The notes under the pieces are model-generated. The model had not been told where the DNA came from, made no database searches, and worked only from the letters and a program-made list of their open reading frames with translations. The position numbers were made by a program, and so were the translations under genes. Positions 10,858 through 20,686 of a DNA stretch of 64,000 nucleotides are shown piece after piece. The stretch spans positions 69 through 64,068 of the forward strand of contig CAIKZC010000005.1 of NCBI GenBank assembly GCA_903831815.1. The letters are read 5' to 3'. The stretch comes from an uncultured bacterium. GTDB lineage: Bacteria > Patescibacteriota > Minisyncoccia > Phycocordibacterales > UBA11359. Numbering within the stretch: position 1 is the first letter of the stretch; every line of letters starts with the position of its first letter.

Positions 10858-10892
10858 GGCCCTTTTTTCAAACGAAGTTTGAAAAAAGGGCC
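10858..10892. promoter_or_regulatory. Perfect 11-bp-stem palindrome between divergent GT2 and pheS starts
   Basis: GGCCCTTTTTT-caaacgaagtttg-AAAAAAGGGCC overlaps the GT2 5' end and sits about 10 nt upstream of the pheS -10 box TATACT. Confidence 0.4.
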
Positions 10893-10921
10893 TTTTGCGC
10901 TATACTTTCACCCATAATCAT

Positions 10922-11617
10922 ATGAACAACAAAATTGGTCATCCTCATCCTCTAACTTCCGTAATCAGGGATATATATACTATTTTCCGCGAGATCGGTT
11001 ACGATGTTGCGCAAGGTCCGGAACTGGAAACCGAATTTTACAATTTTGATGCTCTTAATATTCCAAAAGACCATCCGGCTCGAGATATGCAGGACACTTT
11101 TTGGATAAAATCAAAAGAACGAAAGGTTTTGAGAACGCACACTTCGGCTGTGCAGATTAGATACATGGAAAAACATGAACCTCCTTTCAAAATTATCGTG
11201 CCAGGCAAAGTTTTTAGAAATGAGGCAACCGATGCGACACACGAAGCTCAATTTCATCAGATAGAAGCGCTTTGCGTAGGTAAGGACGTTTCGCTCGCAG
11301 ACCTCAAAGGTGTCCTTACTTATTTTTTCAAAAGATTTTTCGGTGATGATGTGGTCGTGCGATTCAGACCGAGTTTTTTTGCATTCACTGAGCCAAGTGT
11401 GGAGGTTGATATGGAGTGGAAAGGTAAATGGTTGGAAATGGGTGGTGCTGGAATGGTCCATCCAAAGGTCTTCGAATCTAGTGGTGTTGATGCTATAAAA
11501 TGGTCGGGCTTCGCTTTTGGTTTTGGAATTGATCGTTTAGTAATGCTTAAATATGGCATCGATGATATTCGACTTTTATATCAAGGCGATCTGCGATTAG
11601 TTAATCAATTTTCATGA
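10922..11617 (+). CDS. pheS: Phenylalanyl-tRNA synthetase alpha subunit (catalytic core only; start uncertain, TTG at 10895 possible)
   Basis: Class II motifs FRNEATDATHEAQFHQIE, FAFTEPSVEVD and GAGMVHPKV...GFAFGFGIDRL. The N-terminal extension seen in most PheS is missing. Confidence 0.88.
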   Translation: MNNKIGHPHPLTSVIRDIYTIFREIGYDVAQGPELETEFYNFDALNIPKDHPARDMQDTFWIKSKERKVLRTHTSAVQIRYMEKHEPPFKIIVPGKVFRNEATDATHEAQFHQIEALCVGKDVSLADLKGVLTYFFKRFFGDDVVVRFRPSFFAFTEPSVEVDMEWKGKWLEMGGAGMVHPKVFESSGVDAIKWSGFAFGFGIDRLVMLKYGIDDIRLLYQGDLRLVNQFS

Positions 11618-13590
11618 TAGTTTCATATAAATGGCTTCAAACATATTTCAAGGAAAAATTGCCAGCACCGGCAAAAGTGGCTGAAGCTTTTACTTTCGGC
11701 GCATTTGAGGTTGAGGTGGTGGAAGAAGTCCATGGCAAAAATGGTGCGGATGGAAACGATACGACTATCGATCTGAAAGTTTTGCCTGACCGCGCATGTT
11801 ACGCACTGTCGCACCGAGGCATTGCGTATGAGCTGTCGGCTATTACCGGTCAAAGCTCGCTGGTTTTTGAAAATAAAATTGTGGGAGAAATTGAAAATGA
11901 AAAAGCGGATTCCGAAGAAAAAGTTTCGGTAACCGTCATTGAACCGTCTTTGTGTCAGCGTTATTGCGCACGTTTTATAAAAAATGTTTCTGTCGGTGCT
12001 TCCCCAGAATGGTTGCAGGAAAGACTTACGGCTGTCGGACAACGTTCGATCAATAACATTGTTGATGTCACGAATTTTGTTATGCTCGATATAGGTCAAC
12101 CATTGCATGCTTTTGATGCCGATAAAGTAAAGGGCGGCATCGTGGTGCGATTGGCAAAAGAAGGAGAGGTTGTTGAATTGCTTCCCGAGAAAGGTTCCAC
12201 TGTTAGCCGCAGTATTACACTTCAATCATTCGATCTGATCATTGCTGATGATGAAGGTCCGATCGCGATAGCGGGTGTCAAAGGAGGAATACGCACGGCA
12301 GTAACGGCAACAACAAGAAATTTGATCATAGAGTCGGCCAATTTTGATGCAGTTTCGGTACGCAAAACTTCGACGCGACTCGCATTACGTAACGATGCTT
12401 CCAAACGTTTTGAAAATAGATTGTCGGTCGATTTCGCCGAGCAAGCTATGAAAGAAGTTTCAACTCTCATCAAAAAAGTTTCCACAAAAGCATCTCTCGG
12501 AGAAATCACGGATGTTTTTTCCGGTCAAACAAAGCAAACCAAGATTAGTGTGTCAAAAGATTTTATTTCCGCGCGATTGGGAGGTGAGTTTTCTACGGAG
12601 CAGATTGAAGATATTTTTTCTCGTTTGCAAATTGCGTTCGAGAAGAAAGGTAATGGTTACACACTGACTATACCGTCAGCTCGTTTGGATCTCAATATTC
12701 CCGAGGACATGGTTGAGGAAGTTGGCCGGATTTATGGGTATAACAAAATTACGCCGAAAATTCCCGAAAAAATTTCCGGAGCGATTCCTGTCAATCATGT
12801 TGCTTATTGGACGGAGAAAATAAAAGATTCATTGTTTGAAAACGGATTTTCTGAAGTTCAAACCTCTTCTTTTGCCGTAAGTGGCGACATCGAGATTCAA
12901 AACCCTTTAGCTTCGGACAAGAAATTTTTGCGCAATAACCTTTCCGAGAATTTGTTGTTAGCACTTGAGCAAAATAGCAAGAACGCACCTTTGTTTGGGA
13001 CGGATGAAATCAAAATATTCGAAGTTGGTACAGTATTTTCTTCCAAAGGCGAGTACGTTGCGCTCGGAATCGGTGCAAATATAACCAAAAACATAAAGAA
13101 AAAGGAGCAGATGACTGCCGAGATGGTAAATAAAGCTTTTCAGACTCTTTCTGAAGTTGTGGGCAAGAAATTAGAAATGCCAAAAATAAAGAATGGCACC
13201 GGTGCTGTCGCAGAAATCAATTTATCCGAGATTATTTCCAATCTATCGACCCCGACAAAATGGGATATTAATAAATTCTCAGGCAGTTCAAAATATGTTC
13301 CATTTTCCGCTTATCCTTTTATGGTCAGAGATGTGGCGGTCTTCGTGCCAGGCAATGTTTCTGAAAAAGAAGTTTCATCTGTGATCTCTTCCGCCACAAG
13401 CTCGCTCATGATCAGGCTCGATCTGTTTGATGTGTTTACCAAAAAGTTTGAGGGCGGGGAAGACAAAACATCATATGCGTTCCATATTGTTTTTCAGTCA
13501 TACGAGCGAACTTTGCGCGAAGAAGAAATAAATACGATCATGAAAAATGTTTCCGATGCATTGGCGGCAAAATCTTGGCAGGTGAGATAA
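11614..13590 (+). CDS. pheT: Phenylalanyl-tRNA synthetase beta subunit (reduced form)
   Basis: Overlaps the pheS stop by 4 nt. B3/4 domain-like N-terminus and a C-terminal FDVF anticodon-binding-like region. pheS-pheT synteny. Confidence 0.8.
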   Translation: MIVSYKWLQTYFKEKLPAPAKVAEAFTFGAFEVEVVEEVHGKNGADGNDTTIDLKVLPDRACYALSHRGIAYELSAITGQSSLVFENKIVGEIENEKADSEEKVSVTVIEPSLCQRYCARFIKNVSVGASPEWLQERLTAVGQRSINNIVDVTNFVMLDIGQPLHAFDADKVKGGIVVRLAKEGEVVELLPEKGSTVSRSITLQSFDLIIADDEGPIAIAGVKGGIRTAVTATTRNLIIESANFDAVSVRKTSTRLALRNDASKRFENRLSVDFAEQAMKEVSTLIKKVSTKASLGEITDVFSGQTKQTKISVSKDFISARLGGEFSTEQIEDIFSRLQIAFEKKGNGYTLTIPSARLDLNIPEDMVEEVGRIYGYNKITPKIPEKISGAIPVNHVAYWTEKIKDSLFENGFSEVQTSSFAVSGDIEIQNPLASDKKFLRNNLSENLLLALEQNSKNAPLFGTDEIKIFEVGTVFSSKGEYVALGIGANITKNIKKKEQMTAEMVNKAFQTLSEVVGKKLEMPKIKNGTGAVAEINLSEIISNLSTPTKWDINKFSGSSKYVPFSAYPFMVRDVAVFVPGNVSEKEVSSVISSATSSLMIRLDLFDVFTKKFEGGEDKTSYAFHIVFQSYERTLREEEINTIMKNVSDALAAKSWQVR

Positions 13591-13620
13591 TGAGTTAAGG
13601 GGTTAAAAAAATTTAAATAT

Positions 13621-13673
13621 AAAAAAGGAGACCCGTTTCGCGGAACCTGTTGTAGGTTCTTTGAAACGGGTCT
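13621..13673 (-). terminator. Rho-independent terminator acting on the minus strand
   Basis: On the minus strand, AGACCCGTTTC...GAAACGGGTCT is an 11-bp perfect stem followed by CCTTTTTT. On the plus strand the hairpin is preceded by an A-run and followed by no T-run. Confidence 0.7.
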
Positions 13674-14060
13674 AGTGCTCGGGCCTAGGTTGTACCTAAA
13701 CCTCTACACGGAGGATGGAGGCGGGTGGCAGTGTCATCGCATGTTCCAATCCAGGGTCACGCCGCGCGAGCCCTTTGTCGGAGACCGGACTTGATGCGCC
13801 GGATGCAGCGGATCGGAAGATCTATGGCCATCGCATTTCTTTTTGTGTCGACTCTCAAGATTTGCGTCGGCCACTTGATCGCCAGGGGCTCTGGGTCCTT
13901 CCTTCCGGTACTTGCCCAAGATGCCCAACCGATTCCAGGAATTGTCCTGGATACACAAACAAACACTTCTTTTCCCATGATATAAGTTCCTTTTCCCATA
14001 GCCGGGAACGGTACCTTGTAAGGCAGTTGTACCTGATCCATCAGGACAGCTTCATACTCC
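13674..14060 (-). ncRNA. Candidate structured RNA (identity unresolved; GC-rich, promoter-to-terminator unit of about 440 nt)
   Basis: GC-rich block with no convincing ORF: both strands carry overlapping short ORFs and there is no SD at candidate starts. Minus-strand promoter TTGACA-16-TATACT lies at about 14068-14095 and the terminator at 13621-13673. Contains a GNRA-capped CCGGAAGGAAGG hairpin reminiscent of SRP RNA helix 8 and an AAGUCCGGUCUCC 13-mer one substitution from RNase P CR-I, but the overall architecture fits neither. Confidence 0.4.
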
Positions 14061-14067
14061 GTCGTCA

Positions 14068-14095
14068 AGTATAGCACATTCAGAGCATTTGTCAA
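14068..14095 (-). promoter_or_regulatory. Sigma70-like promoter, minus strand, driving the candidate RNA
   Basis: Reverse complement reads TTGACA-aatgctctgaatgtgc-TATACT. Confidence 0.55.
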
Positions 14096-14188
14096 TGGAT
14101 AAAAATGTGTCTGTAAATGAATCAAAAATCACACGGTTTTTCAACACAAAAAGCCTTTGTAATTGCTTTCAAAAAATGCTATACTTAG

Positions 14189-16300
<2,112 letters not shown>

Positions 16301-16302
16301 GG

Positions 16303-16420
16303 AAGAAAAAATCCAAAGACACTTACAGGGTGCCTTGCGCAGCGCGACTGGCGCGAGCAGAGCGGCCGGCCAGTAGACCGGAACGCGTGCATCCCAAAAG
16401 TGTCGTCGGATTTTTTCTTA
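16303..16420 (+). repeat. Palindromic intergenic element, copy 2 (GC-stem subfamily)
   Basis: Outer arms GAAGAAAAAATCCAAAGACACTT / AAAAGTGTCGTCGGATTTTTTCTT. The core contains GCGCGACTGGCGCG, the reverse complement of the CGCGCCAGTCGCGC hairpin shared with copy 3, and a CCGGTC-TACT-GGCCGG hairpin. Lies between convergent gyrB and the membrane protein gene. Confidence 0.75.
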
Positions 16421-17182
16421 CTGAAGAATTGAGATTTGAATTGGGAGATCTTCGGTGGCGGTAAATGTAAGAGTGTAGATAACACCGCTTTTTGGAGCGA
16501 GAGGATTTTGAGCGACTGAATGATACGTTGGTGTAATTGAAGAAGGAAGGGTGGCGGTAAATGACCATGTTCCGGAAGTTGTGCCGCCAATATTTTGAAC
16601 ATTAAATCGCGCGATAATTCTATTTCCAATAGCTTGGGTTGAAATAAGATTTGAAACGATTTTAGCCGGTGCGGAATTTACAGGTGCATTATTTGTAGGT
16701 GTCGGCGTCGGCTGATTGTATGTTGGCGCGGTAGGAGACGGTGTCGGAGTTGAAACGATCGGAATCGTTGCCGTAACTGCCGGTGTGACATTTGTTGTTG
16801 TTGCAACTTTGTTCGACATAAAAAGAGAACCGAACGATTGGCTGAAATTTGTTACGTTTTTAAAAATTTTTGGAACAATCGTCAGTGTTAGAAAAATTCC
16901 AAAAATAACCAAAGCTACGAGACAGACCAAAATAATAACCCTAACCGAAAAAAGCTGATCTTTTTCTTCCTCTTTTACTATAACTTTTGCAGGTTCGCTC
17001 GGTTTGACGCGAATTTCAATTTTTGGTTTTTTTAGTTCTTTTTCAATTTCGGAAATTTTTTCTGCAGGAATTGGTGGATATGTCGAATCAATGACGTTTG
17101 TAACATCGTCATCGCTTGCGGCCTCCGTGCCGGGGAGGATAGGTAATTTGGCTATTGGATTGAATTTTTCTTCTTTAGGCAT
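16418..17182 (-). CDS. Membrane protein with a Thr/Pro-rich linker and a C-terminal beta-sandwich (CARDB-like) region
   Basis: Single TM segment (VIILVCLVALVIFGIFLTLTIV), a TPTPSPTAPT linker and a NVQNIGGTTSGTWSFTA block. Start assigned to ATG at 17182. Confidence 0.55.
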   Translation of the reverse strand: MPKEEKFNPIAKLPILPGTEAASDDDVTNVIDSTYPPIPAEKISEIEKELKKPKIEIRVKPSEPAKVIVKEEEKDQLFSVRVIILVCLVALVIFGIFLTLTIVPKIFKNVTNFSQSFGSLFMSNKVATTTNVTPAVTATIPIVSTPTPSPTAPTYNQPTPTPTNNAPVNSAPAKIVSNLISTQAIGNRIIARFNVQNIGGTTSGTWSFTATLPSSITPTYHSVAQNPLAPKSGVIYTLTFTATEDLPIQISILQ

Positions 17183-17248
17183 GTTTATTCGTACTATATA
17201 ATGACAAGGGATAATTGTCAAATTAAAATTTCGGTGTATAATATAGTT

Positions 17249-17869
17249 ATGAAATGGAAAAAATTCATCCACAAAAATGATATAAAGATTGCAATTATAT
17301 TTATTTGCGTTTTTGTGATTTCTTTTGGCGTTTTGTATCTACTAAATTTCGTGCCGAGCGAATTAAAAGATCAAAATATAACCACAGAATCAAGCGATGT
17401 GGCCTCCACGACTTTTATAGGAAAAATAGAATATGAATTACCGCTTCGAATCTCCATAGAAAAGATTGGAATTAACACTGTCGTGCAAAATCCGACGACG
17501 ACAAATGTCTATGCTCTCGACGATTTGCTTTTGCATGGAGTGGTACGCTATCCAGGTTCCGGCTTACCAGGTGAGGGAAATATGTTTTTCTTCGGACACA
17601 GTACCGGATTAAAGGTTGTAAACAACCAAGCTTTCAAAGCTTTTAATAATCTAAAAGATCTGTTGGCAGGAGATACGATCTTGGTCTATGGAGAAAAACA
17701 TGTCTATACATACAAAGTTAATAATGTTAGATTGGCCAACAGCAGCGACGTTTTGGTTGATTTTTCCGTAAAAAAGAACATGCTTACGCTGTCGACATGC
17801 AATACGTTCGGTCAGAAGCAGGAACGATACGTTGTTGAGGCGGATTTTGTTGGAAGTTCAACTTTGTAA
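17249..17869 (+). CDS. Sortase family transpeptidase
   Basis: N-terminal TM anchor, a conserved His region (FFFGHSTG) and the catalytic LTLSTCNTFG (TLxTC) motif. Leaderless-type start, with TATAAT 6 nt upstream of the ATG. Confidence 0.8.
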   Translation: MKWKKFIHKNDIKIAIIFICVFVISFGVLYLLNFVPSELKDQNITTESSDVASTTFIGKIEYELPLRISIEKIGINTVVQNPTTTNVYALDDLLLHGVVRYPGSGLPGEGNMFFFGHSTGLKVVNNQAFKAFNNLKDLLAGDTILVYGEKHVYTYKVNNVRLANSSDVLVDFSVKKNMLTLSTCNTFGQKQERYVVEADFVGSSTL

Positions 17870-17966
17870 TGTTCTTCTCTAATATACGGCTCAAATAATG
17901 GCATAATTGGATTTCTGGAAAATAGTGCTTGACTATTCAGCTCTTTTGAGGTATTATACGCTTGTA

Positions 17967-20510
17967 ATGATGAACGAGTTAATAATGATGAACACATTTA
18001 TGAATACTACAAAAAAGCTTTATATTTCTTGGTTAAAACAGGGTTTTGTTTTGTTTCTAGTTTTAATGGTCGTTTTTTTTAATGCCGGTGTAGTTATTGC
18101 CTCAACATCATCAAGCTCAAGTTCATCTTCCTCTTCAGCGAGCGCTTTTACTCAATCTATTGACGGATCATCGACATCTTCCGCTTCTGCCGACGCTTCG
18201 GCTGCTTCAACAGCCAGCGCATCATCAAACGGAAATGATTCCGCAAGTGCCGCTGCCGCGTCCGCATCTTCAAATTCAAATTCAAATACTTCGACTGCTT
18301 CTGCCGTAGCTGTTTCGTGTTCCGCTAGCGCTTCAAGTATTGCGCTCGGTTCGCTTGTAACTTACATTGCTCATGCAAGCGGTGGTTCTCTTTCCTATAC
18401 TTACTCTTGGAGCGGTGATGAAAGTTTGTCTGGATCTAACCCTTCCGTATTAAAAACTTATCTTTTTCCCGGCACAAAAACTGCGAATGTTGTTGTGAGT
18501 TCGGGTTCTGCAAGCGCAAGTGCGACTTGTTCAGTTGTTATTACGGAAACACCTCCGCCACCTCCGGCACCTTTGCAAGGTTCATGTTCAGCTGAAACGA
18601 CTGCCGCCGCACAAGTTGGTGATACTGTCACATGGTCAGCAACTGGCGTAACCGGTGGAAATGGAAACTATACATATTCATGGAGCGGTACGGATTCTCT
18701 TTCCGGTACCGAATCTTTAATTTCAAAAGCTTACTCAACTTCGGGCACTAAACATGCCACTTTGGTGATAACATCCGATGGTCAATCTATTGCCAGAAAT
18801 TGCAGTACTTATGTAAATCCTCTTCCAACCAATGATTTGATCGTCTCGTGTTCAGCGAGCGCTTCCGCTGTGGAGCTCAATTCACCTGTAACTTTTACCT
18901 CTAATGTTATCGGCGGTTCAGGCTCAAATACTTATTCATGGAGCGGATCTGATGCACTTTCGGGTACTGGAAGTTCAGTTTCAAAAACTTATACTTCAGC
19001 CGGAACGAAAACGGCAAGCGTTATTGTACATTCAGGAAGCGCTACAGCGACCGCAAATTGTTCAGTTGTTGTTACGCAAACTCCTCCACCGCCAGCAGAT
19101 CTGCAAGGTTCATGTATGGCTAATACTTCGGGATCTCAAGTTGGTGATACCGTAACATGGTCAACCGTTGGAGTAACCGGAGGAACAGGATCGTTCACTT
19201 ACTCTTGGAGCGGTGACGAAGGACTTTCGGGAAGCGGATCTTCCGTTTCAAAAGTTTATGCTACATCCGGTACTAAAAATGCGACTGTGGTTATATCTTC
19301 CGGCAATCAATCTATAACCAGAAATTGCAATACTTTCGTAAATCCAATACCACAACCCGGCGCTTTGACAGGTTCATGTATCGCTAACACTTCCAGTGCA
19401 CAAATTGGTGATGCTATTGTCTGGTCAACTACCGGCGTGACTGGCGGAACAGGTTCATATACTTATTCTTGGAGCGGAGATGATAATTTGACCGGTAGTT
19501 CTCAAAGCGTAAGTCATACATACGGAACATCTGGAAACAAAAATGCCTCTGTGATCATTGCATCTGGTAGTCAATCGATCACGCGCACCTGCAGCACCTT
19601 TATTAATACTTCAGGCAATCAATCGAACAATACGACAAATATAAATAATTCGTATAACACGACCAATAACACGACTTACAACAACACCACGAATAACAAT
19701 TACAATTCTAGCTCAAATCAACATTACTCAAATTATCAGTACCGTCCTTATCAATATCAAAATAATAATTACTATAATAATTTGAACGCGTCATGCGTTG
19801 CTAATCAGACATCGGCTTATGTTGGCGATGGTGTCTATTGGTCGGCAACTGGTGTGACCGGAGGTAACGGTCGTTACACCTACTCATGGAGTGGAACGGA
19901 TGGACTTTATGGTAACGGTTATTCTGTGTATAAAAATTATAATTATGTCGGGACAAAGTTTGCGTATCTAACCGTTTATTCCAATGGTCAATCGGTCACT
20001 CGAACTTGCAGTTTGTATGTGAACAATCGATATGCGCCGGTCACTTACATCAATCCGCAAATAAATTATCCGTATAACGGAGTATCACTTTCTCAAGTTC
20101 CTTACACGGGTTTGGAAAGTAATATGAAAGTCATTCTTTTCACTCTTGGTCTAATCTTCTGGAGCGCGATCGTGACATATGTCGTTATTTCTCGAAAGAA
20201 GTCATTGGCCTTGTCTAATGTTAAAGATGCTGGTGCGTCGACTGAATCTGCGGTGACGAGTGACGATGCAGAGCAATCGGCACGTCAGCAAGTGTTGATG
20301 GGTCATGACAATATGCTCAGCGATCTCGAAAGTTTTGCGCGAAATAAAAATGTGATCGTCTCGGTTGATGCGTTGGCTGCAATAGTGGACATTGCCGATA
20401 ATGATCAAAAACGAGCCGAAACACTTTTGAGCTCGTTGGCAAATAGACATGCAACCGACTCGGAATGGACAACGTTGGATTTGAGTAAAGTGCAGAGTGC
20501 TATTGCATAA
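17967..20510 (+). CDS. Large secreted surface protein with about 6 PKD-like repeats (YTYSWSGD...), a C-terminal VPYTG sorting-like motif, a TM segment and an about 100-aa tail
   Basis: Signal peptide. About 90-aa repeats, each with C...YTYSWSG...SK.Y...GTK.A.V. A Ser-rich N-terminus and an N/Y-rich low-complexity region. VPYTG lies directly before a hydrophobic span and SRKK. Adjacent to the sortase gene. Confidence 0.75.
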   Translation: MMNELIMMNTFMNTTKKLYISWLKQGFVLFLVLMVVFFNAGVVIASTSSSSSSSSSSASAFTQSIDGSSTSSASADASAASTASASSNGNDSASAAAASASSNSNSNTSTASAVAVSCSASASSIALGSLVTYIAHASGGSLSYTYSWSGDESLSGSNPSVLKTYLFPGTKTANVVVSSGSASASATCSVVITETPPPPPAPLQGSCSAETTAAAQVGDTVTWSATGVTGGNGNYTYSWSGTDSLSGTESLISKAYSTSGTKHATLVITSDGQSIARNCSTYVNPLPTNDLIVSCSASASAVELNSPVTFTSNVIGGSGSNTYSWSGSDALSGTGSSVSKTYTSAGTKTASVIVHSGSATATANCSVVVTQTPPPPADLQGSCMANTSGSQVGDTVTWSTVGVTGGTGSFTYSWSGDEGLSGSGSSVSKVYATSGTKNATVVISSGNQSITRNCNTFVNPIPQPGALTGSCIANTSSAQIGDAIVWSTTGVTGGTGSYTYSWSGDDNLTGSSQSVSHTYGTSGNKNASVIIASGSQSITRTCSTFINTSGNQSNNTTNINNSYNTTNNTTYNNTTNNNYNSSSNQHYSNYQYRPYQYQNNNYYNNLNASCVANQTSAYVGDGVYWSATGVTGGNGRYTYSWSGTDGLYGNGYSVYKNYNYVGTKFAYLTVYSNGQSVTRTCSLYVNNRYAPVTYINPQINYPYNGVSLSQVPYTGLESNMKVILFTLGLIFWSAIVTYVVISRKKSLALSNVKDAGASTESAVTSDDAEQSARQQVLMGHDNMLSDLESFARNKNVIVSVDALAAIVDIADNDQKRAETLLSSLANRHATDSEWTTLDLSKVQSAIA

Positions 20511-20545
20511 ACTGCAGAGGGGCAAGCTTCAACAAATGTAAAGTA

Positions 20546-20686
20546 GAAAGAAATAAATAAAAACACTAGATAAATAAGTAAAAAGCACTCTCGAAGCACA
20601 CGGAATTTTTCTTACTGAAAAATTCCTTATCCTCGCGCCAGTCGCGCTGCGGAGTGCTTCTGCGAGTGCTTTTTACTTATTTATTT
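20546..20686 (+). repeat. Palindromic intergenic element, copy 3
   Basis: Outer arms AAATAAGTAAAAAGCACTCTCGAAGCAC / GTGCTTCTGCGAGTGCTTTTTACTTATTT. Core hairpin 1 AATTTTTC-TTACT-GAAAAATT, hairpin 2 CTCGCGCCAGTCGCGCTGCG. Lies between convergent surface-protein and thrS genes; the thrS stop overlaps the right arm. Confidence 0.8.

Noticed and set aside
13893-13915. Assigning ffs (SRP RNA) solely from the CCGGAAGGAAGG GNRA hairpin
   Set aside because: The motif is short and the surrounding unit is about 440 nt, far larger than 4.5S RNA, without a recognisable Alu-domain arrangement. It is mentioned in the finding for that locus but not annotated as ffs.
13674-14060. Calling the GC-rich island RNase P RNA on the basis of the AAGUCCGGUCUCC (CR-I-like) and GUUCCCGGCUAUGGG (CR-V-like) motifs
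   Set aside because: The two motifs occur in the wrong order, with CR-V-like near the 5' end and CR-I-like near the 3' end. No CR-II/III (GGUGAAA, GUAAGAGCGCACC) is present, and there is not enough room between the CR-I-like motif and the terminator. The locus is kept as an unidentified RNA.
13715-14125. ORFs 13715-14074(+), 13725-13985(+) and 13757-14125(-) as protein genes
   Set aside because: They overlap one another on both strands in a GC-rich block where long ORFs arise by chance. They have no SD, though the other GC-rich cassettes all have strong ones. The minus-strand promoter and terminator bracket the region as an RNA unit.
18097-19155. Internal ORFs 18097-18309 and 18904-19155(+), and the many antisense ORFs inside rpoB, rpoC, dnaE, smc, rnr and the helicase
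   Set aside because: They are alternative-frame or antisense artefacts inside well-supported long genes, with low-complexity translations.
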